64,000 bases of DNA from Macrostomum hystrix (taxonomy: Eukaryota; Animalia; Platyhelminthes): positions 18,166,001 to 18,230,000 of the forward strand of contig CATNEN010000039.1 of NCBI GenBank assembly GCA_950097015.1, read 5' to 3'. This document shows, in pieces, positions 1-12,050 of the stretch (its first letter is position 1; every line of letters begins with the position of its first letter). The notes beneath the pieces are model-generated. The model worked only from the letters and a program-made list of their open reading frames with translations, made no database searches and was not told where the DNA came from. A program made the position numbers and the translations under genes.

Positions 1-799
1 CCCGTAGCACTCTACTGGTGCTCTCCAGTGTACCGAGTGTTCTCCAGTCGGAGAACTGTAGTAAAGTGCCTATTGCACTCTGCATTAAATGTAGCTCCCC
101 GTGCACTATATAACTTTCTGACTTGACGTGGGTTGGTGGTCATTCGGTGTCACTGTTGCGCTAAAATAAGTCGCTCCTGTCACCGGGTGGTCATTCATCC
201 GCTGAATGCAGAACAATCAACGGCCCATTTTGCCCTGTCCGGTAATGAGTTTTTTAAACTGCCTTGGTTTTATTGCGTCAACTAATTGTGCATAACCTGT
301 TGTATATCCAGAAGCTCCGACTACATAATGTCCCGAAATCTAACAGATACAGACTTGATGTAGTTCATGATGCAGAATCTTTTGTTGGACAAAGGTATTT
401 TAACAAGGGGTGTACCAAATGCATTAGAGCTTATGGGATAGCTCGTAAAGTAGACCTTTCGTTGAGCATCTCGTTGTTATTCTGAGGTGGAAAAAATAGA
501 TTAACTGTTTAAAAAGCGTGTTACTTAGATAGTTCGAAGCATTTTTAATAGATTTTCAATCAATCTTCGTGTTACCAGCGCAAAAAATGATCCCATTAAT
601 AAATTGTAAGCTTTTTTATGAAGTCCAAATATATTTTTAGTTGTGCAGTTCACTGCTTGCTACTTACAGTAGAAAACTATACATTTAGGTGGATATTGGT
701 TGTTTTTGTTTGGTTGTGATAAAAAGTGAATAATTTATTTGCTTTGCATCGACCCACCTTTACTAAATCCTAAATGCCGCTATAACTAAATTATTCAAC

Positions 800-1165
800 A
801 CAATTCTCTACCTTACTGTCTCACTGCCTCCCTACCTCACCATCTGTCTCATTATCTACCTCACTGTCTGTCTCATTCTCAGCTTTAGTACCAGTTTCAT
901 TGTCTGTCTCACTGCCCGCCTCATTATCTACCTCACTGCCTTTCTTACAATCTACCCCATAGCTTGTCTCATTATCTACCTCACTGCCTGCCTCATTCTC
1001 AGCCTTACTACCAGTTTCATTGTCTGTCTCACTGCCTGTCTCATTATCTACTTCATGGCTTGTCTCATTATCTACTGTACTGTCTGTGTCTTGTCTACCT
1101 CAAAGCCTGTCTCACAATCTACCCCACTGCCTGTCTAATTATCTACCTCATTGTCTGTCCTAATA
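800..1165. repeat. Degenerate 24-bp minisatellite
   Basis: Unit about TCTCATTATCTACCTCACTGTCTG. Confidence 0.8.
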
Positions 1166-1463
1166 CCCAGCTCAGTGTTCTATGTCCCTTAATTGTTGCT
1201 AGGCAACTTTAAGAAAGGTAAAAAAGAAGCTGAAACTTTAGAGGCAATCGAGGGGTACAACTGCTAATTGGTAAAACAGTTTTGTGGCTTTATTTTTTAT
1301 CGCAAAGCTCAGATAAAAAATCTAAATTTAAATTAGTGATTTAATTACCGGAACAGGAAAAAAAGTAATTAAACTTTTCAAAGATCTGGATATTGCACAG
1401 AATAATAGCAAACAGTGTTAACTATAAAAGTACATGTCACCAAGACACGGCGCAGGTTAGGAA

Positions 1464-1664
1464 TCAAAGCATCATGCAGCCTCCCTTCTCCTGGAAAGGA
1501 TTGTCTTTTTTAGACACAAATCCGGACACTAGAAAGTCCTTGTCCTTGTTGGAGTTCATGAAGCTGATCATGTCTTTGACGCACTCAGATACCGGCTTCC
1601 TACCCATGCTGGCCTCCGAGCGCAGCTGCTCAAGAATCTTCTTCTGCTGCGCGATGGAGGACAT
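1464..1664 (-). CDS. Heterotrimeric G-protein gamma subunit (GGL domain), intronless CDS
   Basis: 66 aa with EQLRSEA..RKPVSEC..D.L......NPF signature and C-terminal CaaX (CMML, predicting geranylgeranylation). AATAAA on the minus strand at 1289-1294. Confidence 0.95.
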   Translation of the reverse strand: MSSIAQQKKILEQLRSEASMGRKPVSECVKDMISFMNSNKDKDFLVSGFVSKKDNPFQEKGGCMML

Positions 1665-2224
1665 GTGTTTAGTGTTTCGACTGTGCTCGATCTTCTTCGA
1701 AAATCCTTGCCACCTAGTGTAAATTTATCCCCACACCAGTTAGCATCTCTGTACCATCTTTTCGCTCTCATGCCTGAATGCATGTACAGGCAAGTCCACC
1801 CACCCACCCGCTGTCTCAACTCTTTCCAATTTTCTTACCCGTGTGTACAACTGCAGCGCTATCGTCCTGATCCCATTGCTGCTGAAACATCGGGCAGAGG
1901 GACGAGAAAATTTTATTTCCCGAACGTCTCCCGCCTTCTCTATCTCCTCGCCTTGCCTGTATTTCCATCCTTAGGAGGAGAGAAAAAGAGAAGAGAAAGC
2001 AGAGAGGAGATGAAATATTAGTAAGTACATCACAGTTGAAATCGTGCGCATGTTTTCACTGGGCTCAAAGTGCTCGCCGAAATCGATCAATATTGTCTCG
2101 AAGATTTTTTTCTCGAAACATTGCCTGTTTACTAGTTTCTCTTTCAGTCGGTTCTTTAAGAAATTACTACGCCTCGTATTTTCTACTTTAAACTTTTGGA
2201 ACTTAAAAAATACTTTTTCAACCA

Positions 2225-3735
2225 AAAATCCCACTGTCTCCCTTGAAATCCCACTGTCTCCATTGAAATCCCACTGTCACCCTTGAAATCCTACTGTCTA
2301 CATTGAAATCCTACTGTCTCCCTTGAAATCCCACTGTCTCCCTTGAAATCCCACTGTCTCCCTTGAAATCCCGCTGTCTCCCTTGAAATCCGGCTGTCTC
2401 CCTTGAAATCCCACTGTCTCCCTTGAAATCCCGCTGTCTCCCATGAAATCCCACTGTCTCCCTTGAAATCCCGCTGTCTCCCTTGAAATCCCGCTGTCTC
2501 CCTTGAAATCCCGCTGTCTCCCTTGAAATCCCACTGTCTCCCTTGAAATCCCGCTGTCTCCCTTGAAATCCCACTGTCTCTCTTGAAATCCCGCTGTCTC
2601 CCTTGAAATCCCGCTGTCTCCCATGAAATCCCGCTGTCTCCCATGAAATCCCGCTGTCTCCCTTGAAATCCCACTGTCTCCCTTGAAATCCCGCTGTCTC
2701 CCTTGAAATCCGGCTGTCTCCCTTGAAATCCCACTGTCTCCCTTGAAATCCCGCTGTCTCCCTTGAAATCCCGCTGTCTCCCTTGAAATCCCGCTGTCTC
2801 CCTTGAAATCCCGCTGTCTCCCTTGAAATCCCACTGTCTCCTTTGAAATCCCGCTGTCTCCCTTGAAATCCCACTGTCTCTCTTGAAATCCCGCTGTCTC
2901 CCTTGAAATCCCGCTGTCTCCCATGAAATCCCGCTGTCTCCCATGAAATCCCGCTGTCTCCCTTGAAATCCCGCTGTCTCCCTTGAAATCCCACTGTCTC
3001 CCTTGAAATCCCGCTGTCTCCCTTGAAATCCCACTGTCTCTCTTGAAATCCCGCTGTCTCCCTTGAAATCCCACTGTCTCCCTTGAAATCCCGCTGTCTC
3101 CCTTGAAATCCGGCTGTCTCCCTTGAAATCCCACTGTCTCCCTTGAAATCCCGCTGTCTCCCATGAAATCCCACTGTCTCCCTTGAAATCCCGCTGTCTC
3201 CCTTGAAATCCCGCTGTCTCCCTTGAAATCCCGCTGTCTCCCTTGAAATCCCACTGTCTCCCTTGAAATCCCGCTGTCTCCCTTGAAATCCCGCTGTCTC
3301 CCTTGAAATTCTACTGTCTCCCTTGAAATCCCGCTGTCTCCCTTGAAATCCCGCTGTCTCCCTTGAAATCCCACTGTCTCCCTTGAAATCCCGCTGTCTC
3401 CCTTGAAATCCCACTGTCTCTCTTGAAATCCCGCTGTCTCCCTTGAAATTCTACTGTCTCCCTTGAAATCCCGCTGTCTCCCTTGAAATTCTACTGTCTC
3501 CCTTGAAATCCCGCTGTCTCCCTTGAAATCCCACTGTCTCCCTTGAAATCCCACTGTCTCCCTTGAAATCCCACTGTCTCCCTTGAAATCCCACTGTCTC
3601 CCTTGAAATCCCACTGTCTCCCTTGAAATTCTACTGTCTCCCTTGAAATCCCGCTGTCTCCCTTGAAATCCCACTGTCTCCCTTGAAATCCCGCTGTCTC
3701 CCTTGAAATCCCGCTGTCTCCCTTGAAATCCCACT
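2225..3735. repeat. 20-bp minisatellite, about 75 copies
   Basis: Unit CCTTGAAATCCC(G/A)CTGTCTC. Confidence 0.98.
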
Positions 3736-4233
3736 AGCTCCCGCAGAAAGTCAGCATCTGCCAATAATAGTTTGGACAACGTTCAAGATAGTTTTTTTCT
3801 CACTTAAAAATGAAAGTTAACAACTGCTTGAAAACAGTCCCTGTGATATGCTTGGGCAAATTTAGCCATGAACTAGCAAGTTAAACAATGTTAGCTTGAG
3901 TTAAATTCTTCAATAATTTATTGATTCAACTATGGCAGTTGAGACAAAGGCATATTCACATAGGAAATGATGGGCAGTGGACTTTCACAGACCCTGGTAA
4001 CTATGCAATAGATGTTGTGGGAAGAGAAACTGCAGCGGTAAAATAGAAATGTACGCCCAGGATACATCTGTCTTATTAATAGCCAGGTTAAAGACAGTGT
4101 TATGGTCACAAAAATCAATGGGCTATTGCATGTATTTTCCATTGGTTACTTAGAGGTACATTGTACACCCGGGAGGAGAGAGAAAAAAATAGTGAGTTGA
4201 GTTGCATCTGGCTGAGGCTGGGCGCGCTCGTGA

Positions 4234-4443
4234 ATGAGACAAAAGTTTTCCACTACAAAAAACACTGCAGCCAGCGGTGTTGCACCAGAGCTGGCCGGAA
4301 TGACGACTGAGGCTGCCACAGTCAAACTGCTACCGGCTGTTGTGCCACAGTTTCACACTAGCGACTACGATCAATGGTCTAGGCGGCGACCTGGGCTTGA
4401 GCAGCAGCAGCAGCAGCAGCAGCAGCTACTGACTAACACAAAG
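4234..4443 (+). CDS. Orphan low-complexity protein, exon 1 (start ATG 4234 or 4300)
   Basis: GC-rich ORF with polyQ, ending at donor AAG|gtaaaa (4444), phase 0, which matches the acceptor at 5307/5308. Confidence 0.55.
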
Positions 4444-4644
4444 GTAAAATCTGCATTCTTTGGATCCATGATGGTCATATATATACTCGAGTGTTTCTCT
4501 TTGAAACTCTTTGAAACTGGGATTTATTTAAAATGTGTTTTTCAAAAACGTAATTTCTGTAAAAAAAGGAATTTTTTTTAAATAAGATTTTTGAAACAGA
4601 ATTTCCTAAAATTTATTATATGTTAAAAAAAATTCCTACAAAAT

Positions 4645-4982
4645 TGGATTTCCCAGAAATAGTGATTTCCCAGAAATAGGGATTTCCCAGAAATAGGGAT
4701 TTCTCAGAAATAGGGATTTCCCAGAAATAGTGATTTCCCAGAAATAGGGATTTCCCAGAAATAGGGATTTCCCAGAAATAGGGATTTCCCGGAAATAGGG
4801 ATTTCCTAGAAATAGGGATTTCCCAGAAATAGGGATTTCCCAAAAATAGTGATTTCTCAGAAATAGGGATTTACCAGAAATTGGGATTTCCCAGAAATAG
4901 GGATTTCCCAGAAATAGGGATTTCCCAGAAATAGGGATTTCCCAGAAATAGGGATTTCCCAGATATAGGGATTTCCTAGAAA
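4645..4982. repeat. 17-bp intronic minisatellite
   Basis: Unit GGGATTTCCCAGAAATA. Confidence 0.95.
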
Positions 4983-5307
4983 AAATATAGATTTATTTTA
5001 AGTAGGGGTTTCATTAAAAGGGATTTCCTAGATTCATAAAATTCTTTAAAAAATATTTCTTAGAAAAGGGATTTACAAGAGAACGGTAGTTTATAGAAAT
5101 ATGTGTTTTATAGATATATACATATATATTTCGTAGAAAGAGTGATTTGTTAGAAAGAGTGATTTATTAGGAAGAATGATTTCTTAGAAAGAGTGGTTTC
5201 TTAGAAATTTATTTGAGTGAAAATAGACATTTCTTAGAAAAGAAAACTTTCTTCGGGCTGCCTTTTTACGACTCATTTTGCAAGCAACACTTTCCCGACT
5301 CCAACAG

Positions 5308-6033
5308 AAGCAGCCAAAAAGGCACCGTCAACGGCTTGACGTCGATGGCGCGGAAGGAGTCAACGCCGGCAACCTGAGCGTCGACCCGAGCGAAGCTGCA
5401 GCCGCTGAACGTCGCAGGCTGCGTTCGCATCGGCGCCGGCAGAAACGCGGAGCCGCTTTGAGGCGGCCCTGGCTGCCCAGCGTGCAAAATGTGTCGCTTC
5501 TTGGACTGCCGCAGCCGCCGCTGCCGCCGCCGCCGCCACCGGCTCGGAAGCTTTTAGAAAATCTTCGCCTGTCGCCAGCTTCAATCGGCAGCTCAACTAG
5601 CGGTGCCGGTTCGTCATCGGGCGAGTCCGATGGCGCCGTGACGTCAGAGGACGAGCAGAATCCGACTGAGGCGCGGGACGACACTGACGACGATGAGGAG
5701 CTGGTCGAGCGGCAGTTTTTGCGCACGCTGGGCATCGACTACCGGCCCGGCAGGTTCCGATGTCGGCGACGCGGCGACGGCGGACGGCTTCAACAGCGCC
5801 GGTGCTATGTCGCGGATACGACGGCGACATCGAACTCGACGGCTACGGCTACGGCTACGCCGACTGCGCCTCGATCTGTGTCGCTGAGTCGGGCCGTTCA
5901 AGTGACACGACTCAATCGTCTGGCCGACGACGGCGAAGTTGTCGGTGAAGCCAATGATCCGAGGCGACGAAAGCTGCGACTAGACGAGTTGGAAAGGCGA
6001 TTTCGAGCGGCGAAGGCAGTGGCTGCCAACTGA
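5308..6033 (+). CDS. Orphan low-complexity protein, exon 2 (Arg-, Pro-, Ser- and acid-rich)
   Basis: Acceptor ccaacag|AAG in phase 0. GC-rich open frame to TGA at 6033. No domain recognised. Confidence 0.65.
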   Translation, partial: KQPKRHRQRLDVDGAEGVNAGNLSVDPSEAAAAERRRLRSHRRRQKRGAALRRPWLPSVQNVSLLGLPQPPLPPPPPPARKLLENLRLSPASIGSSTSGAGSSSGESDGAVTSEDEQNPTEARDDTDDDEELVERQFLRTLGIDYRPGRFRCRRRGDGGRLQQRRCYVADTTATSNSTATATATPTAPRSVSLSRAVQVTRLNRLADDGEVVGEANDPRRRKLRLDELERRFRAAKAVAAN

Positions 6034-6129
6034 CTGTCGAGGAAGACGGGTGTACTTTTAGGCTGTTTGAAAACTGAGTGGAGTCCCTGATTGCTGAACC
6101 CGTCCCATTGTAGAGGATGGATGATGGAA

Positions 6130-6395
6130 AAGAATGGATTGCTAATCTATCTCATTGATGAAGGAATAGAATGGATTGCTAATCTATCCCATGGATAAAG
6201 GAATAGAATGCATTTCTAATCTATCCCATGGATAAAGGAATAGAATGGATTGCTAATCTATCCCATGGATGAAGGAATAGAATGCATTGCTAATCTATCC
6301 CATGGATGAAGGAATAGAATGGATTGCTAATCTATCCCATGGATGAAGGAATAGAATGGATTGCTAATCTATCCCATGGATGAAGGAATAGAACT
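6130..6395. repeat. 37-bp minisatellite, about 7 copies
   Basis: Unit ATGGATGAAGGAATAGAATGGATTGCTAATCTATCCC. Confidence 0.95.
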
Positions 6396-6744
6396 CATCA
6401 AATCCCATTGATCGAATTGCACCGTGAATCGTTCTTTCATATTTGCAGCATACATTACTTGCCTCTGTCTTACTGAACAAAAATTTTCTTTTTTCTGCTT
6501 TATATTTGGATGATGAAGAAATTATCGTGCTCACGTAAGATTACTGTTGTAACAGGCATTAAGGAATGTACCACTTTTATCTTCAAGAAATAAAAAACAA
6601 ATAGCAATTTCAGCAATGCAATTATGTTTAAGATAAGATTCTTGCTTTAAAAATAAAAGCAAAAATATCTTAATTGAAGACGTGTTTCTCTTTTGAAAAC
6701 AAGTAAAACACAAATAATGATGAACAAGCTAATAGATAAATAGA

Positions 6745-7180
6745 TTCGTAGATAAACACACTCACAGACAAACACATATTTAGATAAATACACAAATACA
6801 CACTGATAGATAAACACACTCGTAGATAAACAACTCATAGATAAACACACTCAGAGATAAACACTCTCATAGATAAACACATTTAGAGATAAACACTCTC
6901 ATAGATAAACACATTTAGAGATAAACACACTCAGAGATAAACACACTCGTAGATAAACACTCTCATAGATAAATACCCTCGTCTAGATAAACACAGTCAT
7001 AGATAAACACAGTCATAGATAAATGCACTCATAGATAAACACACTCAGAGATAAACACAGTCATAGATAAACACACTCAGAGATAAACACAGTCATAGAT
7101 AAACACACTCGTAGATAAACACAGTCATAGATAAACACACTCGTAGATAAACACAGTCATAGATAAACGCACTCATAGCC
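6745..7180. repeat. 16-bp minisatellite
   Basis: Unit AGATAAACACACTC(AT/AG/GT). Confidence 0.92.
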
Positions 7181-7789
7181 ACTCATAAGCTAAGATAAAA
7201 ATCTAGTTAAAACGCACTCACAATTTTTATCTGATTTTGTTTTACAGGAAAAGTAGTAGATTTTGAAATTTAATTAATTAGCGTTTCGCCTTTTCTACTT
7301 AAAGTAGTATGCAGAATTTTGTGGGCCGTGTGGATATATTTTTATTTAAGAGTTAAGTTATCAATACATATAATTCAAAGGCCGTTCTTTGCATTGGGAT
7401 CGAAGCTATCGAAACGTGACTAAACGGCAAATTATTTAATTTTATCTCTTAATAACTCTTTTCTTATCTACATTTGAGTACAGTTTTTTTGTAACAAAAA
7501 GAGAAACTGATTTATTTGATAATAGTTCAAAATGTAAAAAGCAATGTAGGATATTTAGGAACCTTATCGATTTCCTAATAAAGCCAGTTAATAATTAAAA
7601 AGTTAAACAGTTTTTTTTAAGAATGAGGAGCCTTAATGATAGTGCTAATGATGCCTCCAAATGGCATGGTCGTGCTACGATCGGCTACAAGGTACCTGAG
7701 AATAGTACCTGATCATTGTTGATAATTCAAAATAGTACCTGGTTGTTTTTCATACCCTAATTCATACATTTTCCATCATTTTATACATT

Positions 7790-8960
7790 CATATTAACTA
7801 TAATATAATGGATTAGAAGTATATTAACGATAAGAGAATGGATTAGTAGTAGATTAACGATAAGAGAATGGATTAGTAGTAGATTAACTATAAGAGAATG
7901 GATTAGTAGTAGATTAACGATAAGATAATGGATTAGTAGTATATTAACTATAAGAGAAAGGATTAGAAGTAGATTAACTATAAGATAATGGATTAGTAGT
8001 AGATTAACGATAAGAGAATGGATTAGTAGTAGATTCACGATAAGAGAACGGATTAGTAGTAGATTGGCGATAAGAGAACGGATTAGTAGTAGATTGAGAT
8101 AAGAGAAAGGATTAGAAGTAGATTAACTATAAGATAATGGATTAGTAGTATATTAACTATAAGATAATGGATAAGTAGTAGATTAACGACAAGAGAACGG
8201 ATTAGAAGTAGATTAACGATAAGAGAACGGATTAGTAGTAGATTGAGATAAGAGAAAGGATTAGAAGTAGATTAACTATAAGATAATGGATTAGTAGTAG
8301 ATTAACGTTAGGAGAACGGATTAGTAGTATATTAATGATAAGAGAAAGGATTAGAAGTAGATTAACTATAAGAGAAAGGATTAGAAGTAGATTAACTATA
8401 AGATAATGGATTAGTAGTATATTAACGATAAGAGAATGGATTAGTAGTATATTAACTATAAGAGAATGGATTAGTAGTAGATTAACTATAAGAGAATGGA
8501 TTAGTAGTAGATTAACTATAAGAGAATGGATTAGTAGTATATTAACGATAAGAGAATGGATTAGTAGTATATTAACTATAAGATAATGGATTAGTAGTAT
8601 ATTAACGATAAGAGAATGGATTAGTAGTATATTAACTATAAGAGAATGGATTAGTAGTAGATTAACTATAAGAGAATGGATTAGTAGTAGATTAACGATA
8701 GGAGAACGGATTAGTAGTATATAAATGATAAGAGAAAGGATTAGAAGTAGATTAACTATAAGATAATGGATTAGAAGTAAAATAACGATAAGAGAATGGA
8801 GGATTAGAGGACAAAAAATATGGTGCGAGAGGATTAACGGAATAAAAATAGATTATGAGAGGATTAACGGAATGAAGTTAGTTTATGAGTGGATTAACGG
8901 AAGGAAAATAGATTAAGAGAGGACTAACGGTCGGAAAATGGATTCAAAGTGGATTAACGG
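7790..8960. repeat. 30-bp minisatellite grading into a shorter variant at its right end
   Basis: Unit TAAGAGAATGGATTAGTAGTAGATTAACGA. Confidence 0.95.
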
Positions 8961-9580
8961 AGGTAGACGAGTCGCCAGAAAAGTAACAGAGAAAGCCCCA
9001 CAGTCGTAGCTGAGAAAGCAAATGAGTGACATTGTGTCCAAGAGCTCAGGACTGCCGCGCCTTGGCTACTGATATAATTTCTCGACAGTCCTTTGAAGGG
9101 CCAGCCCGATAGCCGAGGCTGAGACCCCCCGGCCACCAACCAGCGGCAATAACAGGTCCGGCCGGCAGTGCAAACTGGGACGCATCGAGATGGATTGAGG
9201 GAGCCGAACGCATGCACTCCCGGGCAGCAACTGAAATTTTCTGCTTTGCACATCTGCCCCACCCCCGCCTCGCATTTTTTCTTACCCCAGTCTTACCCTG
9301 TTTTTCCTAGCCTTCACGCTGCCACCAACACACACAGCGGATTGAAGGGGAGAATGGGAAGACTTTAACCGGACACAGAACCCCAGAAAATCAGCCTCGT
9401 GCCCTCTTCCACTAAACCCGCCTCTCGCCCCCCTCTCGCGCCCCGCGGTTCGTCAAGCAGCAACACTCTCGCCCAGAAAAACCGACAGCTTGCTGTGTCT
9501 CGGCTGTATCTCCGTCACACCAAGCTCGGGTCGAAGAAAAAGGGAAAATTTCCCACAGGACTAGAAATCGAAAAGAAATT

Positions 9581-10768
9581 ATGATGCTCCAAGCGGCCTC
9601 GCGCCAGCCGTCAAGTTCGCTGCACCAGCAGCATCAGCATCAGCAGCATCAGCATCAGCAGCATCAGCACCACTATAGCGTTGGCGGCGCATCGTCAAGC
9701 TATCGTCAGCGGCTGCCGGAGTTGCAGTCGCTGCAGCGTCCGGTCAAATCGGGCGTCGTGACACTCGAAGAGTCGAATCAACGCTCCGGCCGACTGGCGA
9801 GCGCCCTGCTGTTCATGGCGGTGTTAGTCCTCATGGTTGACGCCTCCCGCATCATCCTGTACAGCTGGTTCACTGACGGCAGCTACCTGAAGTACCTGTA
9901 CGGCTCGGATCCTGACATTCGTTGGTCAAAGTGCGACGCAGTCGACGATCTTCCAGATGCTGACGAGGGTCGCCTCGTATGGCCGAACCGCGTGGCGACC
10001 ACCCCAATTAGCGGCTTCGGCTCAGTCATCACCGCCGTCTCGCAGCGCCAGCAGCGTCGGCAGCAGCAGCAGCAGCCGGAGGATCTGGACCAGTTCAAGT
10101 CGAGCCTGATGAACGGCCTGCTGATTGCCGGGACAATCATCGACTCGGCAGTGAAGTCTGGCGACTCGCCGTCGGCCCAGACGCGGACTCGTCAGCTGGC
10201 CAAGCCGCTGGTTCGGGTTCTGTTCCACGCTAGTACCGTGGCCTGCCTGTTCCTGCTCTCCGTGGCCATCTTCCCGGCTGCTCTGCGAAGCCGCCGAGGT
10301 CGCTGCCTGCTGAGCTGCAGCCTGCTCTTCAGCCTGGCCACCATGCTCGCTGCCGGGGCCTCCGTTGCCGCCTCGCTCCTGACTCTGTACTTCTTCAGTG
10401 CCAGCGAACTACAGCCGCGGCTTCGTCAGCTCTACAGCTTCGTGCCTCGCTGTGACGCTCTCCGACGGGCCTTCCTTGGCGCTGAGTGCTTCAGCCTGGT
10501 TGTCGTCTGCGCCGCTGTCTGCATACTTCTCCGCCTGAAAGTGTTCTTCTGCCGCGCTCTGTGCAGCCGCTGCTGCTCCAGTTCCTCTTGCTGCTGCTGC
10601 TGCTGCGGCGGCGTTGGCAACGACGGTATTCCCGGAGACGGAGGCAACGGCGACGTTGGCGAAGGCACTGGCTATAGAGACGAGGTCAGAGAGTTCCCGC
10701 TAGCCAGACGGTCACTAGGTGGTGGCGGTGGCGGCTACCCATACGATGAAGAGGAATACTTAGCCTAG
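9581..10768 (+). CDS. Uncharacterised multi-pass membrane protein (about 4 TM, Cys-rich C-tail), single exon
   Basis: 395-aa GC-rich non-repeat ORF with an HQ-rich N-terminus, four hydrophobic segments (LASALLFMAVLVLMV; VLFHASTVACLFLLSVAIF; LLSCSLLFSLATMLAAGASVAASLLTLYFF; FLGAECFSLVVVCAAVCILL) and a CCSSSSCCCCCC string after the last TM. Confidence 0.8.
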   Translation: MMLQAASRQPSSSLHQQHQHQQHQHQQHQHHYSVGGASSSYRQRLPELQSLQRPVKSGVVTLEESNQRSGRLASALLFMAVLVLMVDASRIILYSWFTDGSYLKYLYGSDPDIRWSKCDAVDDLPDADEGRLVWPNRVATTPISGFGSVITAVSQRQQRRQQQQQPEDLDQFKSSLMNGLLIAGTIIDSAVKSGDSPSAQTRTRQLAKPLVRVLFHASTVACLFLLSVAIFPAALRSRRGRCLLSCSLLFSLATMLAAGASVAASLLTLYFFSASELQPRLRQLYSFVPRCDALRRAFLGAECFSLVVVCAAVCILLRLKVFFCRALCSRCCSSSSCCCCCCGGVGNDGIPGDGGNGDVGEGTGYRDEVREFPLARRSLGGGGGGYPYDEEEYLA

Positions 10769-11269
10769 ACTGAAACAACCCAGCTCATAGAATCATCGAC
10801 AATGACAAGCTCCTGGTGGAGACCCACCGGCTTCTAGCGTATTGAACAGTCAGAATTGCGGACACAATTTTTATGCTTGCTTATAAATTTTTATTTCGCA
10901 AGAGACCATTTTTTGATAGTTCTAAAATATACTCGATTTTTTGCTGAAGTGTTTTATTTCGTCCATTAAAACAATTTCAGACTATTTGTATCCATGAAGC
11001 ATCGATACAAAACCTACTGGATCGTGGCGTTTCATTCAATTATTTATGTATCAGTCGAGTGCGACTGTTTCTGCAGATATAACAGCTGTCTTTTGGCATG
11101 GAAGACGTGTCACACTTTCAACATCTGTTCCTGTTCCTAACCGTGTCGCATTTGTAATGATACAGCCCAGTTTCAACTCTTTTGTACATAGAAGCACAGG
11201 AAGAGGCTGTGAAATTAGCCTGAACGTGCATTAAATCGGAGATTGAGGTGATCTGTTGAAAACTAATAA

Positions 11270-12050
11270 TGTACATTAAAGCGGAGCTTGGGCTGGCTGG
11301 TAAATCGAATTCTAAATGTACATTGAAGCGGGGTTGATGAGGCTTTTGAATTACGAGAACGTTGTACATTGGATAGGGGGTTGAGGTGGTTGTTCAGTGG
11401 AATTCTGAAAATTGATTGGATCGGGATTTGAGGTGGCTGTTCAAAGCTATTCCGAATGTACATTGGACAGGGGGTTGAGGTGGCTGTTCAGTGGAATTCT
11501 GAAAATTGATTGGATCGGGATTTGAGGTGGCTGTTCAAAGCTATTCTGAATGTACATTGGATCAGGGGTTGAGGTGGCTGTTCAGTGGAGTTCTGAAATT
11601 TGATTGGATCTGGATTTTAGGTGGCTGTTCAATGCTATTCCGAATGTACATTGGATCAGGGGTTGAGGTGGCTGTTCAGTGGAATTCTAAAAATTGATTG
11701 GATCGGGATTTTAGGTGGCTGTTCAATGCTATTCCGAATGTACATTGGATCAGGGGTTGAGGTGGCTGTTCAGTGGAATTCTGAAAATTGATTGGATCGG
11801 GATTTTAGGTGGCTGTTCAATGCTATTCCGAATGTACATTGGATCAGGGGTTGAGGTGGCTGTCCAGTGGAATTCTGAAAATTGATTGGATCGGGATTTG
11901 AGGTGGCTGTTCAAAGCTATTCGGAATGTACATTGGATCAGGGGTTGAGGTGGCTGTTCAGTGGAGTTCTGAAATTTGATTGGATCTGGATTTTAGGTGG
12001 CTGTTCAATGCTATTCTGAATGTACATTAGAGCGCAGGTTAAGGCGGCTG
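11270..12050. repeat. 94-bp tandem repeat (dimer of two 47-bp subunits), about 7 copies
   Basis: TGTACATTGG recurs at 11363, 11457, 11551 and onward; both halves contain ATTGGATC...GAGGTGGCTGTTCA. Confidence 0.95.

Noticed and set aside
1-250. Short hairpin GTTCTCC-AGTC-GGAGAAC (39-56) and possible element fragment at the window edge
   Set aside because: Truncated context and no second copy in the window; cannot be classified.
2291-3779. ORFs with GDSGISRETAGFQGRQ repeats (collagen-like look)
   Set aside because: Translation of a 20-bp minisatellite in all three frames; not Gly-X-Y periodic.
11363-12021. CRISPR-like repeat-spacer appearance in this and other arrays
   Set aside because: The intervening segments are themselves repeated, there are no unique spacers or cas genes, and the context is eukaryotic.
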